A stretch of DNA of 63,848 nucleotides, counting the filler, from Pelomyxa schiedti (taxonomy: Eukaryota > Protista > Evosea), in the NCBI GenBank assembly GCA_020536535.1. It is 7 parts of 7 records of this genome, joined end to end, with 100 filler letters (N's around TTAATTAATTAA, not from the genome) between each part and the next. Parts side by side here need not be neighbours in the genome. Positions count along the whole stretch, not along the records: positions 1 to 27,136 come from JAHLWZ010000584.1; 6 more parts are not named here. One strand, given 5' to 3'. Position numbers and translations under genes: made by a program. Below, in pieces: positions 1 to 12,190 of this stretch (positions are counted from its first letter, which is position 1; every line of letters starts with the position of its first letter). The notes beneath the pieces were generated by a model, which saw only the letters and a program-made list of their open reading frames with translations, did not search any database and was not told where the DNA came from.

Positions 1-890
1 TGGCACGGAACATATGTTCCGCTTGCAGACAAACATACCGTCGGTGTGATTCATCCTATTGTAGGAACACCCACAACCGTAAGCATGTTCCCAAGCATGT
101 GTACAAAGAACTCGATCAGTTCTTGGCTGTGTTACTGTCATTGAGAAAGAAGAAAAATGAGGAATAAGCTGGTTTTTCTAGACAAGGCTATACCTAGCCA
201 TTTTACAAACTGGGGAGGCTCACAGGTCAGGGCACCCCCCACGCACCATCACCATCACCCCACCAAGTGTATGCTGTCTTATGTTGCTGTATTTCTTATT
301 TGCCGTGTGTGTAATGGAGTGCACAAGTGGCTCTGGGGCCTCCTCCTCCTCCTGCCCCGCACCCCACCATGTGCCACGCCAAAGCACCTGCCGCCGCAGC
401 CCCCTCGGCCTCGCCCTGGATCACGCTCCAACGGCTTCCGCTCACAACCCGCGATGTTGCTCGGCCGCCTCGCGACCAGCAGCAGCTTGCCCGTTCCGCT
501 GATACCCCAACTACGTTCAACAGCCCCCACCATTACGTTCAACTTCGGGTTGTAAGCCCGGGGACTGCCGCCACCAAGTCGGTTCAAGATCACCAGAAAG
601 TTGTAGACATCTGACATCAATTATCCCCAGACATCAGGGATCACGAGGTACCGTGTGTCCTACTAGTGATCCACCAACTGCGCTGGGCCTCGCAATTAAC
701 CTCAGGTCATTTGGAGTGTAACTTCCATCATCAACAATTCTGTATCGTAGCTTCGATCATCAAGATGACCCTTCCAGGGCCACACGTGTCACGTTTCCCC
801 AATACCCTTTAAAACGCCAAATTTTCCCACAACCAACAGAACTAACACACAGCGCAAGAACCACCTACAACAACACCCATTTCATTAAAC

Positions 891-1200
891 ATGAGCAGTG
901 CCTCATCATCATCATCACCAACAGCATCAGCAGCAACCACCACGACCACGTACCTGAGCACTCGAGACCTCGCGGCCAACTTGGGGCGTGGGTCGTGGGT
1001 GGTGCTGGACGTGAGGTGGATCCACGGCGACCCCCTGAAAGGCCGTGCCGACTTCCTGGAATCACACATCGAGGGTGCCGTGTTCGTGCACCTCGTCGAG
1101 GACGCGACTGGTGAGGTCGTACCCGGTGTCACTGGAAGGAACCCCCTCCCATCACTCGAAAAGGCCAACAAGGTTTGTCCATCACCAAAACTTTATTTAT
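891..1200 (+). CDS. Sulfurtransferase (rhodanese) first exon, partial copy cut by a gap
   Basis: VVLDVRW...FLESHIEGAVFVHL...GRNPLP; nearly identical to 25347-25616, including the intron donor. Confidence 0.8.
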
Positions 1201-1300
1201 NNNNNNNNNNNNNNNNNNNNNNNNNNNNNNNNNNNNNNNNNNNNNNNNNNNNNNNNNNNNNNNNNNNNNNNNNNNNNNNNNNNNNNNNNNNNNNNNNNNN

Positions 1301-1455
1301 GCACGGCCTTTCAGGGGGTCGCCGTGGATCCACCTCACGTCCAGCACCACCCACGACCCACGCCCCAAGTTGGCCGCGAGGTCCCCAGTGCTCAGGTACG
1401 TGGTCGTGGTGGTTGCTGCTGATGCTGTTGGTGATGATGATGAGGCTCTGCTCAT
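1301..1455 (-). CDS. Sulfurtransferase 5' fragment, inverted copy cut by a gap
   Basis: MSRASSSS...VVLDVRWIHGDPLKGR runs into the Ns. Confidence 0.75.
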
Positions 1456-2425
1456 GTTTAATGAAATGGGTGTTGTTGTCGGTGGTTCTTGCTCTGTGTG
1501 TTAGTTCTGTTGGTTGTGAGAAAAATTTGGCGTTTTAAAGGGTGGGGATGGGGGGAAACGTGACACGTGTGGCCCTGGAAGGATCATCTTGATGATCGAA
1601 GCTACGATACAGAATTGTTGATGATGGAAGTTACACTCCAGGGGTTAATTGCGAGGCCCAGCGCAGTCTGTGGATCACTAGTAGGACACACGGTAAGCCG
1701 GGGACTGCCGCCAAGTCGGTACAAGATCACCAGAAAGTGAGACATCTTACATCAATTATCCCCAGACATCAGGAATCACGAACGTAATGAGTGGGGGCTG
1801 TTGAACGTAGTTGGGGTATCAGCGGAACGGGCAACCTAGCTGCTTCTGGTAGCGAGGCGGCCGATCAACAGCCGTTGGAGCGTGATCCAGGGCGAGCCCG
1901 AGGGGGCAGGTGCTTTGGCGTGGCACATGGTGGGGTGCGGGGCAGGAGGAGGAGGAGGGAGGAGGGAGGAGGAGGAGGCCCCAGAGCCACTTGTGCTCCC
2001 TGCAACAGCACTAGCAGCTGTTGAATGTGAATCTTTAGCCACACACAAACTTACTGAAGAAGATGACATTACAAACCAGAAAAAGCAGGTCTCTCACTCA
2101 ATCTAGTTCACACCAAAATCGACTTACTTTGAACCCCAACCCCCAAATACAACCAACAGGAACTGGAGTGAGTTAAATCAATGCACAAGCAAGTGGTTGA
2201 TGATACAAGCAAGGCTTACACAAGCCTCAAGGAATTGGAGAAGTCAATTCAAGATGAAGATACCATTACACACACGGCAAATAAGAAATACAGCAACATA
2301 AGACAGCATACACTTGGCGGGGATGGTGATGGTGCGGGGGGGGTGCCATTGATGGTGCTGTGAGCCTCCCCAGTTTGTAAAATGGCTAGGTATAGCCTTG
2401 TCTAGAAAAAAGCCTTTAGGCCAGC

Positions 2426-4602
2426 TTATTCCTCATTTTTCTTCTTTCTCAATGACAGTAACACAGCCAAAAACTGATCGAGTTCTTTGTACACATGCTT
2501 GGGAACATGCTTACGGTTGTGGGTGTTCCTACAATAGGATGAATCACACCGACGGTATGTTTGTCTGCAAGCGGAACATATGTTCCGTGCCACCCAGAAG
2601 AATGCGGCATTCTTCCACTGCGGGGTGGGTGGGTTGATGAGTTGTGGAAATGAAGGAAAATAATTGGTGGAAGGAACCTTGGTGGAGTCACTGTCAAGGA
2701 GACGGGTACTGAGAATAAATTGATCCTGGATTTTTTTTTCCCATTTCATGCCGGAATTCAATAAGGCCCTCTGAGGAGAAAATGAGTGAAGAGCAAAAGA
2801 AAGAGACTGCAAAAATCGAAACAGAAACCTTCCACAGGGAGTTGGATCGGCCCATTTGATACCTCGACATTAATATTTATGTTTGCATGCAAGTGATTGA
2901 ACAAGGGGATGTACTCACCAAAATTTTGAAGTCTGTTGTATCCTCCCCAGTGATTTGATATCAAGCAGCTCCAGAACTCCGGTAATTTCAGCCTTGTACT
3001 GAATCATCATGGAGGTGATGGATTCGCTCACACTGGGTATGAATGGGATAAGAAAAAGGAAATGGAGTGGAAATTCGCACATAAATTCTGCCGCTGGGAC
3101 TAAATAATCTGACCACAGAGGCATAGAGGCACAGAGTTCAGAGCACGGAGATACAGGAAGAGAGGCCTTGTATACAGAGAGCGATTTTAGATGTTCTTCC
3201 CATGACCCTAGAAATGGTTAATAAATAGGCGCTGTATTCGGCAAAAGTACCATCGAGGTAACTTGCAAGTGAAAAAACTGGGTCATTGTTGCTCCAATCT
3301 CTGCAAAATTCAGGGGTGAGGATACCACCACAGCGTGCCATTTCTCGCACCATGTCTCGCTGGTCTGTTACAACCGCAAGGGTCATTGGTCTGGAACCTC
3401 GAGGGAATACTCTGGGAATCATAGTTCCAAATTGCTCACAATACCATTCCATACTCAGTGTACAGAAGACATTTGGGTCTGCACCAAGTCCAAGGAGTTT
3501 TATCACCATGTCAAGTGATTTCTTAGATACGGCAAAGTACAACAGTGTAAGAGTTCCACCGGGGAATGGAACCTGCTGGTTCACCACACCGGAGAGCTTT
3601 GGATGCTCCAGAAGAATAGTTCTATACCGGTCTGGTGCAGTGACCAGCAACTCCACCAATCCTTCACTGAAGACACTGCAGAGATATTCCAATATTGGTT
3701 CCCCAGAAGCTGATGTGACAGCGAGTTTGAGCGGCTTCCTCTCCTCCATTGCAGAAAGCACAAGCTGCTCCCACTTGGGATTGGCTATTGCCATAATTGT
3801 GTCCAACCGGGAACCAATAATTGCAGTTTCAAGCGGGGTCTTCCCGCATTTCGGCGGCCCCGTCATTACGTCGGTATAACAGTTGCTTCCGCCGTCGAGG
3901 CCTTGCAATAGGGAAATCTTCATTGATGTATCGCAAGACGAAAGTATCAAGTCGGCACACTTGTATTGGTTGTCTTGTGCACAAAGATGAAGCACATTGA
4001 AGTTGAAGAAGTGACCTGCGCCTCTACCTTTGTAACAGTGCATAGTATCAGCATGCCACTCCGTCAGCAAGCATTCCACAATATCAGTGTGTCCATTTCT
4101 GACTGCAATGATAAGTGGCGTGTAACCGCAGGAGGCTTCATCCACCAGCCACTTCATGGCATCGGCTTTCGTTGCCATCGTGTTGTAGGGTGGTCTGGAA
4201 GCCCATGTGTTGAGAATCACATTCATTTCGGCCAGGTGCCCCAGATGGGCGCAAACATGTATCACATTATCGTATCTGGGATGCATTAAGTAGGAGTACC
4301 AATGACAGTAAATAATATCATCAATACTATTATAGTTACTAGGCATTCAATTTCGTTAACAATGGCTTTTTGTACCTTTCCTTTGCAGAAACTTGGCGTT
4401 CTTGGCCAACAGGAACAGATTCAGCGGCGGCCCTCACTTTGGCAACGTCGCCCTTGACACATGCCCTCATGAGCCTGGCCCATAATGGCCCCTCTGATGC
4501 CTCGAGTGACTTGATGCTTTCGAGAGTGCGACGTTTGAACCTCTCGGCCTCCGACTCGGGGATCATAGGCTCACATTGGCTGGAGGAGAAATGTTGGCCC
4601 AT
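2426..4602 (-). CDS. Ankyrin-repeat / F-box-like / Cys-His tail protein, paralog 1 (multi-exon)
   Basis: MGQHFS start. Ankyrin motifs GYTPLIIAVRNGH, GKTPLETAI and LLGLGADPN. Spliced F-box-like EITGVLELLDIKSLGRIQQTSKFW|YQMGRSNSLWK. Tail WKNAAFFWVARNICSACRQTYRRCDSSYCRNTH. Confidence 0.8.
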
Positions 4603-4812
4603 TATTCTAGTTATTGTATCAGTAACAGTGCCAAACTATACTAATGTTGGCTGTGTGGTGAAGAGTGATGCTGCTTCTTTTTATGGAAGTTCGCTGAACT
4701 AACCAACAACCGTTGCCCTCCATTAATCGGTTCTAATCATGCAAGTTATTTCGAGTATTGGTGTGCATCACCAAACCCACCAAATTCCTTATTATTCAAA
4801 AAGAGAGAAACA

Positions 4813-5642
4813 ATGAAACCCATCACTGCACTTTCAGATTCGTCGAAACTAATGGCGTCGTCGATTGAGACGATGTGCATGACGATACCGGACGACGTAG
4901 GCAAGTTGCTAGTGTGCGAAAAGGTACAGTTGCACCAAGTGACGTGGGACCCCAAATTGGCAGCCTCGGGACTGGACTTTGATCGCCAGAACACAGTCGT
5001 GGAACACACGTCACCAGAATTAATCTACCGGACGGCACTGGCTAATGAGGGGTGGAATTCAGGCTGCCACTTTTGGTCCCTGCAAATTGTATGCTATGTG
5101 TTACCTTATACACCATGGTTTCTTTGTTCCCCTCTGCAGCCAAGCTTTTGGTTTAAAAAATTCCAAAACAGCTTAATTCTGGGAAGAACAATTGCATTAT
5201 GGTTGGAGTGTGTGATGAGGACTCAGTAGAGAGAAGAACGTTTTTGGACAACTACTTCCCAGGGATGACTGGTGAAGGCCTCTCATACTACGGAAACAAT
5301 GGGCACATTTACATGCCATCCGCCAAGCACCTGATGCATGGGAGGGGAATGAAAACCATGGTTTATGGCAACTGCAATTTTGGCCCAGCATTCCGCTCTG
5401 GGGCAGAAGTTGGAGTTCTGTTGAACCTGAATCCTTCCCAAGAGAGTTGTACATTCTACCTCAACGGCACAAAGGTGTAGATTCCTGCGAAACTTTCCTT
5501 CTTAGTTCTAATTCCTTGCATTTAGGTTGGTGCAGTTGGAAGTGAAGGTCTTCCTGCAGCTCGCTTATGCAAATATTTCCCATCCCTTGCCACATTTGAA
5601 CCTGGTCAGAGAGTCTTTTCTTTGCCACCAGATGAACCCTAA
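4813..5642 (+). CDS. Stand-alone SPRY/B30.2-like domain protein (3 exons)
   Basis: VTWDP...GWNSGCHFWSLQI|..MVGVCD..GLSYYGNNG..FRSGAEVGVLLNL..CTFYLNGTK|VG..YFPSL; GT-AG introns. Confidence 0.8.
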
Positions 5643-5865
5643 TTTTCTTGCGTCTTCAGCCATGTAGGTACCACACAGCTTCTTTTTAATTTCAAATCCA
5701 ACCATTCCACTAGGTGTTCGTAGGACCACAATTTCAAATAGTAAAGAAAAACTTCCGCATGTTCACATTTATTCATTTCCGTAATCTATAAGACAAAATC
5801 ACCACAGAGTTTGTAATAATTAATAGCTATTCAATAACAATAATTCCTCTTATTCCCTTCCTTCT

Positions 5866-8483
5866 TCATTCCTCATGGAGAGAGTTGTAGAGGGTGGAAA
5901 TTGATTGAAGTTGTGGTGAAACGGCCCTTGGCCGGTGCTGTGAAGCAACACAAACCACTTCTTCACAACTGCGGTAGTACTGGGCACACCGGCAACAGAA
6001 ACACCGTGACAGCCAGAAGAAGCAAACCCGCTTCCACTGTGAATGAAGTCAGTGAACAGTAAAATGGAATAATAACTTTTGGAAGCATTACCTTTGTGGT
6101 GGGTTCTTGGTCTAGGGTTGTAATCATCCGGTATAGTTTTGTCTTGGTTGCTTGATTCCATGTTGCGCTCGTGTTCAACAGTGCCCACTACAATTAATTT
6201 GTGTAAATTACTAATAAAAGTATCCAAATCACCTTCCACAACGAATTGGATCGTCCGGCATGGTACCTTAATGAAAAAGTAAAAATTTGAAAGTATTATG
6301 CAATGTAATAACCAAATTCTTGAGGTTTGTTGTATTCGGCCCAGTGCCTGTATATCTAAGAAGTCCAGGACTCCACTGATTTCGGTATTGTACCGCGCCA
6401 TCATCATGGTGATCGATTCATTAATCCTATTGAGCAAATTAGGGGAACTGTGTTGTCGCAATAGAGGGACCTTACGGAATTTTGGCAGTTACAAGCTTGT
6501 CATCTCCAAAAGATAGAGAAGCACAAAGTTCGGTGTGCTCTTCGGGAAATGGAAGAGTTTGGGTATAACTTATATTGGCCAGGACATGTTCTTGCCAGGA
6601 CCCTGTATCAATATCAGTGCCGCTTCAGAATGAACGTGCTACAAACCATCAAGGTAAGTCGCCACTGAAAAGTGGGGATCACCCCTGGACCAGTCCTGAC
6701 AAAATTCAGGAGGAAGAACACCTCCATGGTTTGACATTGCTTGCACTATTTGTTTCCGGTCTGTTATCAGTGCGATCACCATTGGCGTTAGAATTATTTT
6801 CGAAATGTTAATGCCACCCTGTCTCAGTTGTCCAATTGGGAGATCACGCCCATCTTCCCACTCTGGCCACTTTTCACACACTGTATTTGGGCTCGCTCCA
6901 AGCGATAGGAGCCTGTTCACCAGCTCCTTTTCACCTGAGACTGCCACCGCAAACAGTGGTGTTGTGTGTGGCTTACATTCAGTGAACCGGTTTAATACCG
7001 AAGGGAATTCCGGGTGCTGCAAAATTGTTTCTCTGTAGTTCCTCCTCCCATATACGAATGCATCCTCCAGCCCGTTGCTGAACACGCTACAGAGCCAGTG
7101 AAACACGTATTCTGGAGCATTTCTGTGCCTACGTATAGGTGCCTTGGCGTCCAGAGCTATTACCACACCCGGGCCCCACCTTGGGTGAGTCAGCATTTCT
7201 GCAAATCCCATGCTTCCAGAAGAAAGTGCCAGGTCTAGAACAGTCCCAACTCCCTCATTCCCCACAATCCCAACAAGTTCCGCCCTCTGGAGCTCATTGC
7301 ACCTGCTAAGAATCTCAGAAGCCCCTGCGGAATCATTCTTTGCTGCACATATATGTAAAACGGTGTACCCATTGTAGTCTTGGCTGTACTGACAGCATAC
7401 CATTATGTCAGCCTTCCACCGGTCCATAAGACATATAGCCACTTCCCATTGATCCTCTTTCGCGGCCATCATCAATCCAGTAAAACCTTGTTTCCTAGAA
7501 ACAGCATTCACCAGCCACTTCACTTCTTCCGCCTGCCGGTTACTTTTCTTCTTGTTTTCCTCTTCTCCAGTCTGGCTCTGCGATTCTCCACTTCCAGACT
7601 CTCTACTGGAACTGTAAGACTCAGTTACGAGTGCTACTTCATTTTTTTTTTACTAATTACTTTTTTTATTTATTGTGTAATAGGAATAACTTACGCTACG
7701 AATAAGTTCAAGCCAAACATACAACCCAAGAAAAAATAAACAACAAAGCAAACAACAAGGGACCCTATATATCTATCTATCNNNNNNNNNNNNNNNNNNN
7801 NNNNNNNNNNNNNNNNNNNNNNNNNNNNNNNNNNNNNNNNNNNNNNNNNNNNNNNNNNNNNNNNNNNNNNNNNNNNNNNNNTTTTTTTATTTATTGTGTA
7901 ATAGGAATAACTTACGCTACGAATAAGTTCAAGCCAAACATACAACCCAAGAAAAAATAAACAACAAAGCAAACAACAAGGGACCCTATATATCTATCTA
8001 TCACACACACCAATTAGTATCCCCATCATCGGCGACATCAGGATCGCCACTGGCGATGTTGCAGTCGGCCCATGTCTCCAGCACCGCGTCCAGCTCGGCC
8101 ACGTGCCCCAGCCCCGCGCACATGTGCACCACGCTCAGCCACTTCGCCCCCGAGTCCCACACCTGCTGCCACCGCCCCTTGCTCCCTCCCCCTCCCCCTC
8201 CTCCTCCCTCTGCCGCTGCCCCCCTGGCCTTGGCGACTGCGCGGGCGGCGGCGGCGGGGCCGGCGGCCCGGACCGCGGCACGGAGGATGGGCTTCTTCTT
8301 GTCCGGGGAGCGGGACAGGACCTTGGCGTACCTGGCCTTGAGCGCCTTGTATCGCTCCGGCCTGGGCGAACGTGTGGTCCCGGTCGGTGTTGTGGTTGCT
8401 GCTGCTGCTGGTGGTGGCGGCGAGGACGGCGACGGCGACCTTGCTGCTGTTATGGGTCTGGCCGACTCGACTGCGTTGCCCAT
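5866..8483 (-). CDS. Ankyrin-repeat / F-box-like / Cys-His tail protein, paralog 2 (multi-exon; gap lies in an intron)
   Basis: MGNAVES start; VVHMCAGLGH, GYTVLHICA, LLSLGASPN; EISGVLDFLDIQALGRIQQTSRIW|YHAGRSNSLWK; WKRVCFFWLSRCFCCRCAQYYRSCEEVVC..H. Confidence 0.8.
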
Positions 8484-8550
8484 TCAAATTCAGAGGTGAG
8501 GTTTTTTCTTGTAAAAAGTGATGAAACGAAAACGGGGGGCACTGGGTAGA

Positions 8551-9317
8551 CTAGTGACCACCCCGTGGGAAGTAAACAATTACATTATTTCGTGGAGGAG
8601 GAGGAGGAACTGCCAGGGATATAACCGAGGCACCAAGTTCATATAGTGATACAGATGGGAAGTATGTCCTTCCTGTGAGCACATCGGCTCCTGCTGCTGT
8701 TCCGACCTACGTTGATGGTTTAGGAATTGTAAGAAAAGGCCAAAGAACAGAGAAGATTCGGCGACTAGTGCATACCCTTGTTCCATTCAAGAAGAATGTG
8801 CAGGTTCTGTGTGTCATGTTGAGAAGAACTCCAACTTCTGATCCTGTTCCAAACACCGGTCCAAATCCTCCATAGCCTCCCAGTTTGTATGTGTAGCCAT
8901 TTGCACCGTAGTATGATACACCATCGGTCTTTAGCCCAGGGTAATGGCTGACCGGGAACATTCCACCAAATGAAGCATCGCACACTCCAATCATGATGTA
9001 CTTGCTTGGCCCTCCATCCAACTGTGTGTTGTGTTTTCGTCAACAAAGTCAAATATATATAATAATATTATATATATTTTTGCACGCACCACTTTCAAAG
9101 ACCAGTAATGGCTGCCGTCAAAGAATCCCTCATCTCCCAGAACTGTCTTGTGTGTCAACGTTCCGATGTTCTGTGTCACGAGTGTGTTTGCCTGGTCGAA
9201 GGCAATTCCTGGCGCAGCGCGGGCTGGGTCCCACGTGACGCAGTGATAATGGAGGTTGCCTACAGTGGCGAGGTCAGGAGGAATCCGCATGACTTCGCTT
9301 GGTTGTGCTGGCCGCAT
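8551..9317 (-). CDS. Stand-alone SPRY/B30.2-like domain protein, paralog of 4813-5642
   Basis: VTWDP..EGFFDGSHYWSLKV|..IMIGVCD..GVSYYGANG..FGTGSEVGVLLNM..CTFFLNGTR|VG..YFPSVSLY; same intron positions as the first copy; 5' end uncertain. Confidence 0.78.
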
Positions 9318-9553
9318 TCCTGTATTGGTGTCTTTGTTATGAGTGTATTTACAGCGGCTGTTATGTTTTCTTGAATCGTAATGAGTTGGAAAGGAAAAGG
9401 AACGAAAAGTACGTAAAGTAGTCAAGTTGGTACTGTTGTGCACGTCTCTTTAGCGTCTTTTTTTTTCCTTCTTGTTGATTTGGGCGAAGTGTTCGGCCGA
9501 AAAAAAAAAGCACCAGTGCCGTAGCAAAAACGACACATCAACCCACATTTCAA

Positions 9554-9757
9554 TTAGGATTTGTCAGAGTTTGAGGGGAGTGATGAAGATGGTTTGTTGT
9601 TGTTGCCAGCAACGAAGGTGGCTGGTCGCTCCCATTGGCTGGTCCTTGTCTGTATATTGACGTAGTAGACACGACCCGACGAGGGGTCGAGGCGCTCCTG
9701 CCAATAGTCGTCAGCCTTGGTTTGCTTATTAGACATGTCCCTCTTGTATGTGCGCAT
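9554..9757 (-). CDS. WW-domain ORF (small protein, or first exon of the SPRY gene)
   Basis: [27 protein letters not shown] matches the WW consensus W..D..GR.YY.N..T..SQWE.P. Confidence 0.8.
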   Translation of the reverse strand: MRTYKRDMSNKQTKADDYWQERLDPSSGRVYYVNIQTRTSQWERPATFVAGNNNKPSSSLPSNSDKS

Positions 9758-9923
9758 ATTAGATATATTACATTGTGGTGGAACTAACTACATCACCTGT
9801 ATCCAACTACTACAACGAACAATTTGTTCTCGGAAATGATGAAACGAGACAGTTGGGTGCCTTTGTAGCCCCCAGTTGTTTACTTTTGTTTGTGTGGGCA
9901 TTTAAGTGATGGAATCTTTCGTT

Positions 9924-11915
9924 TCATGGGAGGGTAGTGAAGGTGACAGTGATTGTGCGGAGTTCAGGGGGATTGCACCTTGGTTGGTGGCATTTCTTTG
10001 TGTTGTGATGGTGCAACTTGCACTTAGTGCCCTCACGGTTCTGGTAAAAAGTGTGGCACCTTGTGCAGAAGCACTTGGAGAGCCAGAAGAATCCAACGTT
10101 TTTCCACTGCAATTGCCATTAGAGAAAGGCTTGCATAGTGATAGAGACATGCCTTGGTTGTTGTGTCTTGCTCAAGGATTTCAACACCAAGAAGAAGCTT
10201 TTTTTGAACTTTTCTGTGCCATGACACACTTGTATTAAGCAAAGCCAACTGCCAGTGGTGAACAGACATTAAAATGAAAATGAAGTACACACCTTCCAAG
10301 TGGAATTTGACTGTGCAGCCCCGTACCTGCGCAATTTTAGATAATAAATACACCAGTTTTGAAGCAAAGACTACCAAAATCTTGATGTCTGTTGGAGTCT
10401 ACCAAGAGATCTGATGTCAAGAAGCTCCAAGACTCTGGACATTTCATTGTTAAACTGTACCATAAAAGAGGTGATTGACAGTCCAGTCCTTTTTCCCATT
10501 AGTTGGCAATGAATGGATGGCCACGAGTAAAACATACACAATCTGAGAAGGATGTAACGTGTGTGGAAATGACAGTGGTTTGTACAACTCCCAATGTTCA
10601 CTCTGAGTTGGGAGTGAATCCTCGTAGTCTTCCTTTGCCTTAGAATGCTCTTCCCAGGAGCCTTTTTGAAGGTCAGTTCAGACTGATCAGTTTTTCAGAA
10701 CGGAAACCAACCATCAAGGAAAGTGCCGAGCGAGAACATGGAATCACCTTTCCCCCAAATATGACAAAAGTGGGAAGGTAATTCACCTCCACACTGTGAC
10801 ATCTCTTGCGCCAATCTTCTCTGATTTGTCCCCACTGCAAGAACAAGTGGGGTTATAACACTCTTGGGGAGAGCCAGTGAATGCCGCAGTTCGTGTGCTG
10901 CACGGCACAGTGTGTTTGGGTCCGCACCAAGAGAGAGGAGCTTCAGTGCCAGCCTTTTCTTTCTTTTCAATACAGTAACAAACAGGCATGTTGTATGGGG
11001 CTTTTTTTCAGTAAGAACATTGATGTGCTGTGGGAACTCTTTGTGGTCCAAGATGAAATCACGGTTGTGCTTGGAACCATGAACAAAAGCGTCCTGCAGC
11101 CCTTTGCTGAACCCCACCTCGCACAGGCAACTGAATACCTCTGGCATTTTTTTGCAGTGCCTTCTGAGTGGGGCCCTCTCATCCATTGCCTTGAGGACAG
11201 CTGGCCCCCACTTTGGATTCGTGATCATCCTCACAAAGTCCAAGTAATCACTCTCCAGAGCCACATCAAGAGCTGTGCCAACACCCTCATCAGCCTGGAA
11301 CCCAGCCAATTCTGCTCTCTGTGAGTCACTCCTGCAGGCTGCCAATATCACCTCAGCACAGTCAATCCTCCTCATCTCAGCACACAGGTGCAGAACAGTA
11401 AATCCATTATATCTCCCTGCTTGCTCTCCTGTGCAAAAATACGTCACATCAGCATTGCAACTGCTCACAAGGTATTTCAAAATTCCACAGTGTCCTCCCA
11501 TAACAGCCTCCATTACAGCATTGAATCCGTTCTTATTTTTTCCTGCAGAACTCACCAGCCACCTCACACTCTCAATCTTATTCTTAGGAGCAACAGGAGA
11601 ACTTGCAACTGCAGAATAATTGTAAGCGGTTCTGATCGGCTCACTCGAATTAGTGATAGAACCAGCACTTTGCCAGCAACTCAGAATTGCCTCTACTCCC
11701 TCCATTTGGCCATTTGCAGCGCACCACTGCACCACAGTCAGGTAGTAATCGGTGCCCATTTGAAAAGAGAATTGGCCCATGTGCAGCGCCCCATTGTGGG
11801 ATCCTCTTAGCACGCTCTCCTCGATGAACTCTGCTGTCGGCATCCGGGCGCCCTGTGCGATCAGCAGTTGGTCTATCCTCCGTTGCCTCTCAGCATTTGA
11901 CGGCACTGTGCCCAT
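9924..11915 (-). CDS. Ankyrin-repeat / F-box-like / Cys-His tail protein, paralog 3
   Basis: MGTVPS start; GFNAVMEAVMGGH, GFTVLHLCA, LLSLGADPN; EMSRVLELLDIRSLGRLQQTSRFW|YGAAQSNSTWK; WKNVGFFWLSKCFCTRCHTFY..C..HHH. Confidence 0.82.
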
Positions 11916-12190
11916 TGCGATTGTGTATTGTGGGACTCGCTTGTTGTCGTTCGTATTAACCTTTCGTGTTGTTTAAAATCAGAACGAAAGGAGTTTCTTA
12001 TGAGAGAAATAAATCTCCATCACCTCGTTCCATGTCGTGTGTCTTTGATGTGGCACTTCGTTCTCCTAAGTCAATGGTACAGTTTGTGATTAACGTTCGG
12101 GGAAAAAAAAATTGTGATTGACGGGACAAAACTACTACGCAGTAGTGTTTATGATGACTTTTTGTGATATTGTTGTGAATGTTGGTGTCC

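Larger units (their letters stand above)
1..2592. repeat. Large imperfect inverted duplication (1-1200 vs 1301-2592) centred on an assembly gap
   Basis: The window start (tggcacggaacatatgttccgc...) is the reverse complement of ~2545-2592. Similarity continues inward to the rhodanese 5' exon on both arms, with substitutions and indels (the left arm lacks ~1995-2260). Confidence 0.9.

Noticed and set aside
1791-2363. Short coiled-coil-like ORFs on the + strand
   Set aside because: In-frame stop near 2169, and partly deleted in the inverted copy; at most a degraded fragment.
7660-8002. ~120-bp exact direct repeats flanking 100-N gaps (also 12980-13320, 32039-32378, 49371-49712)
   Set aside because: Identical overlaps on both sides of a gap are typical scaffolding artefacts.
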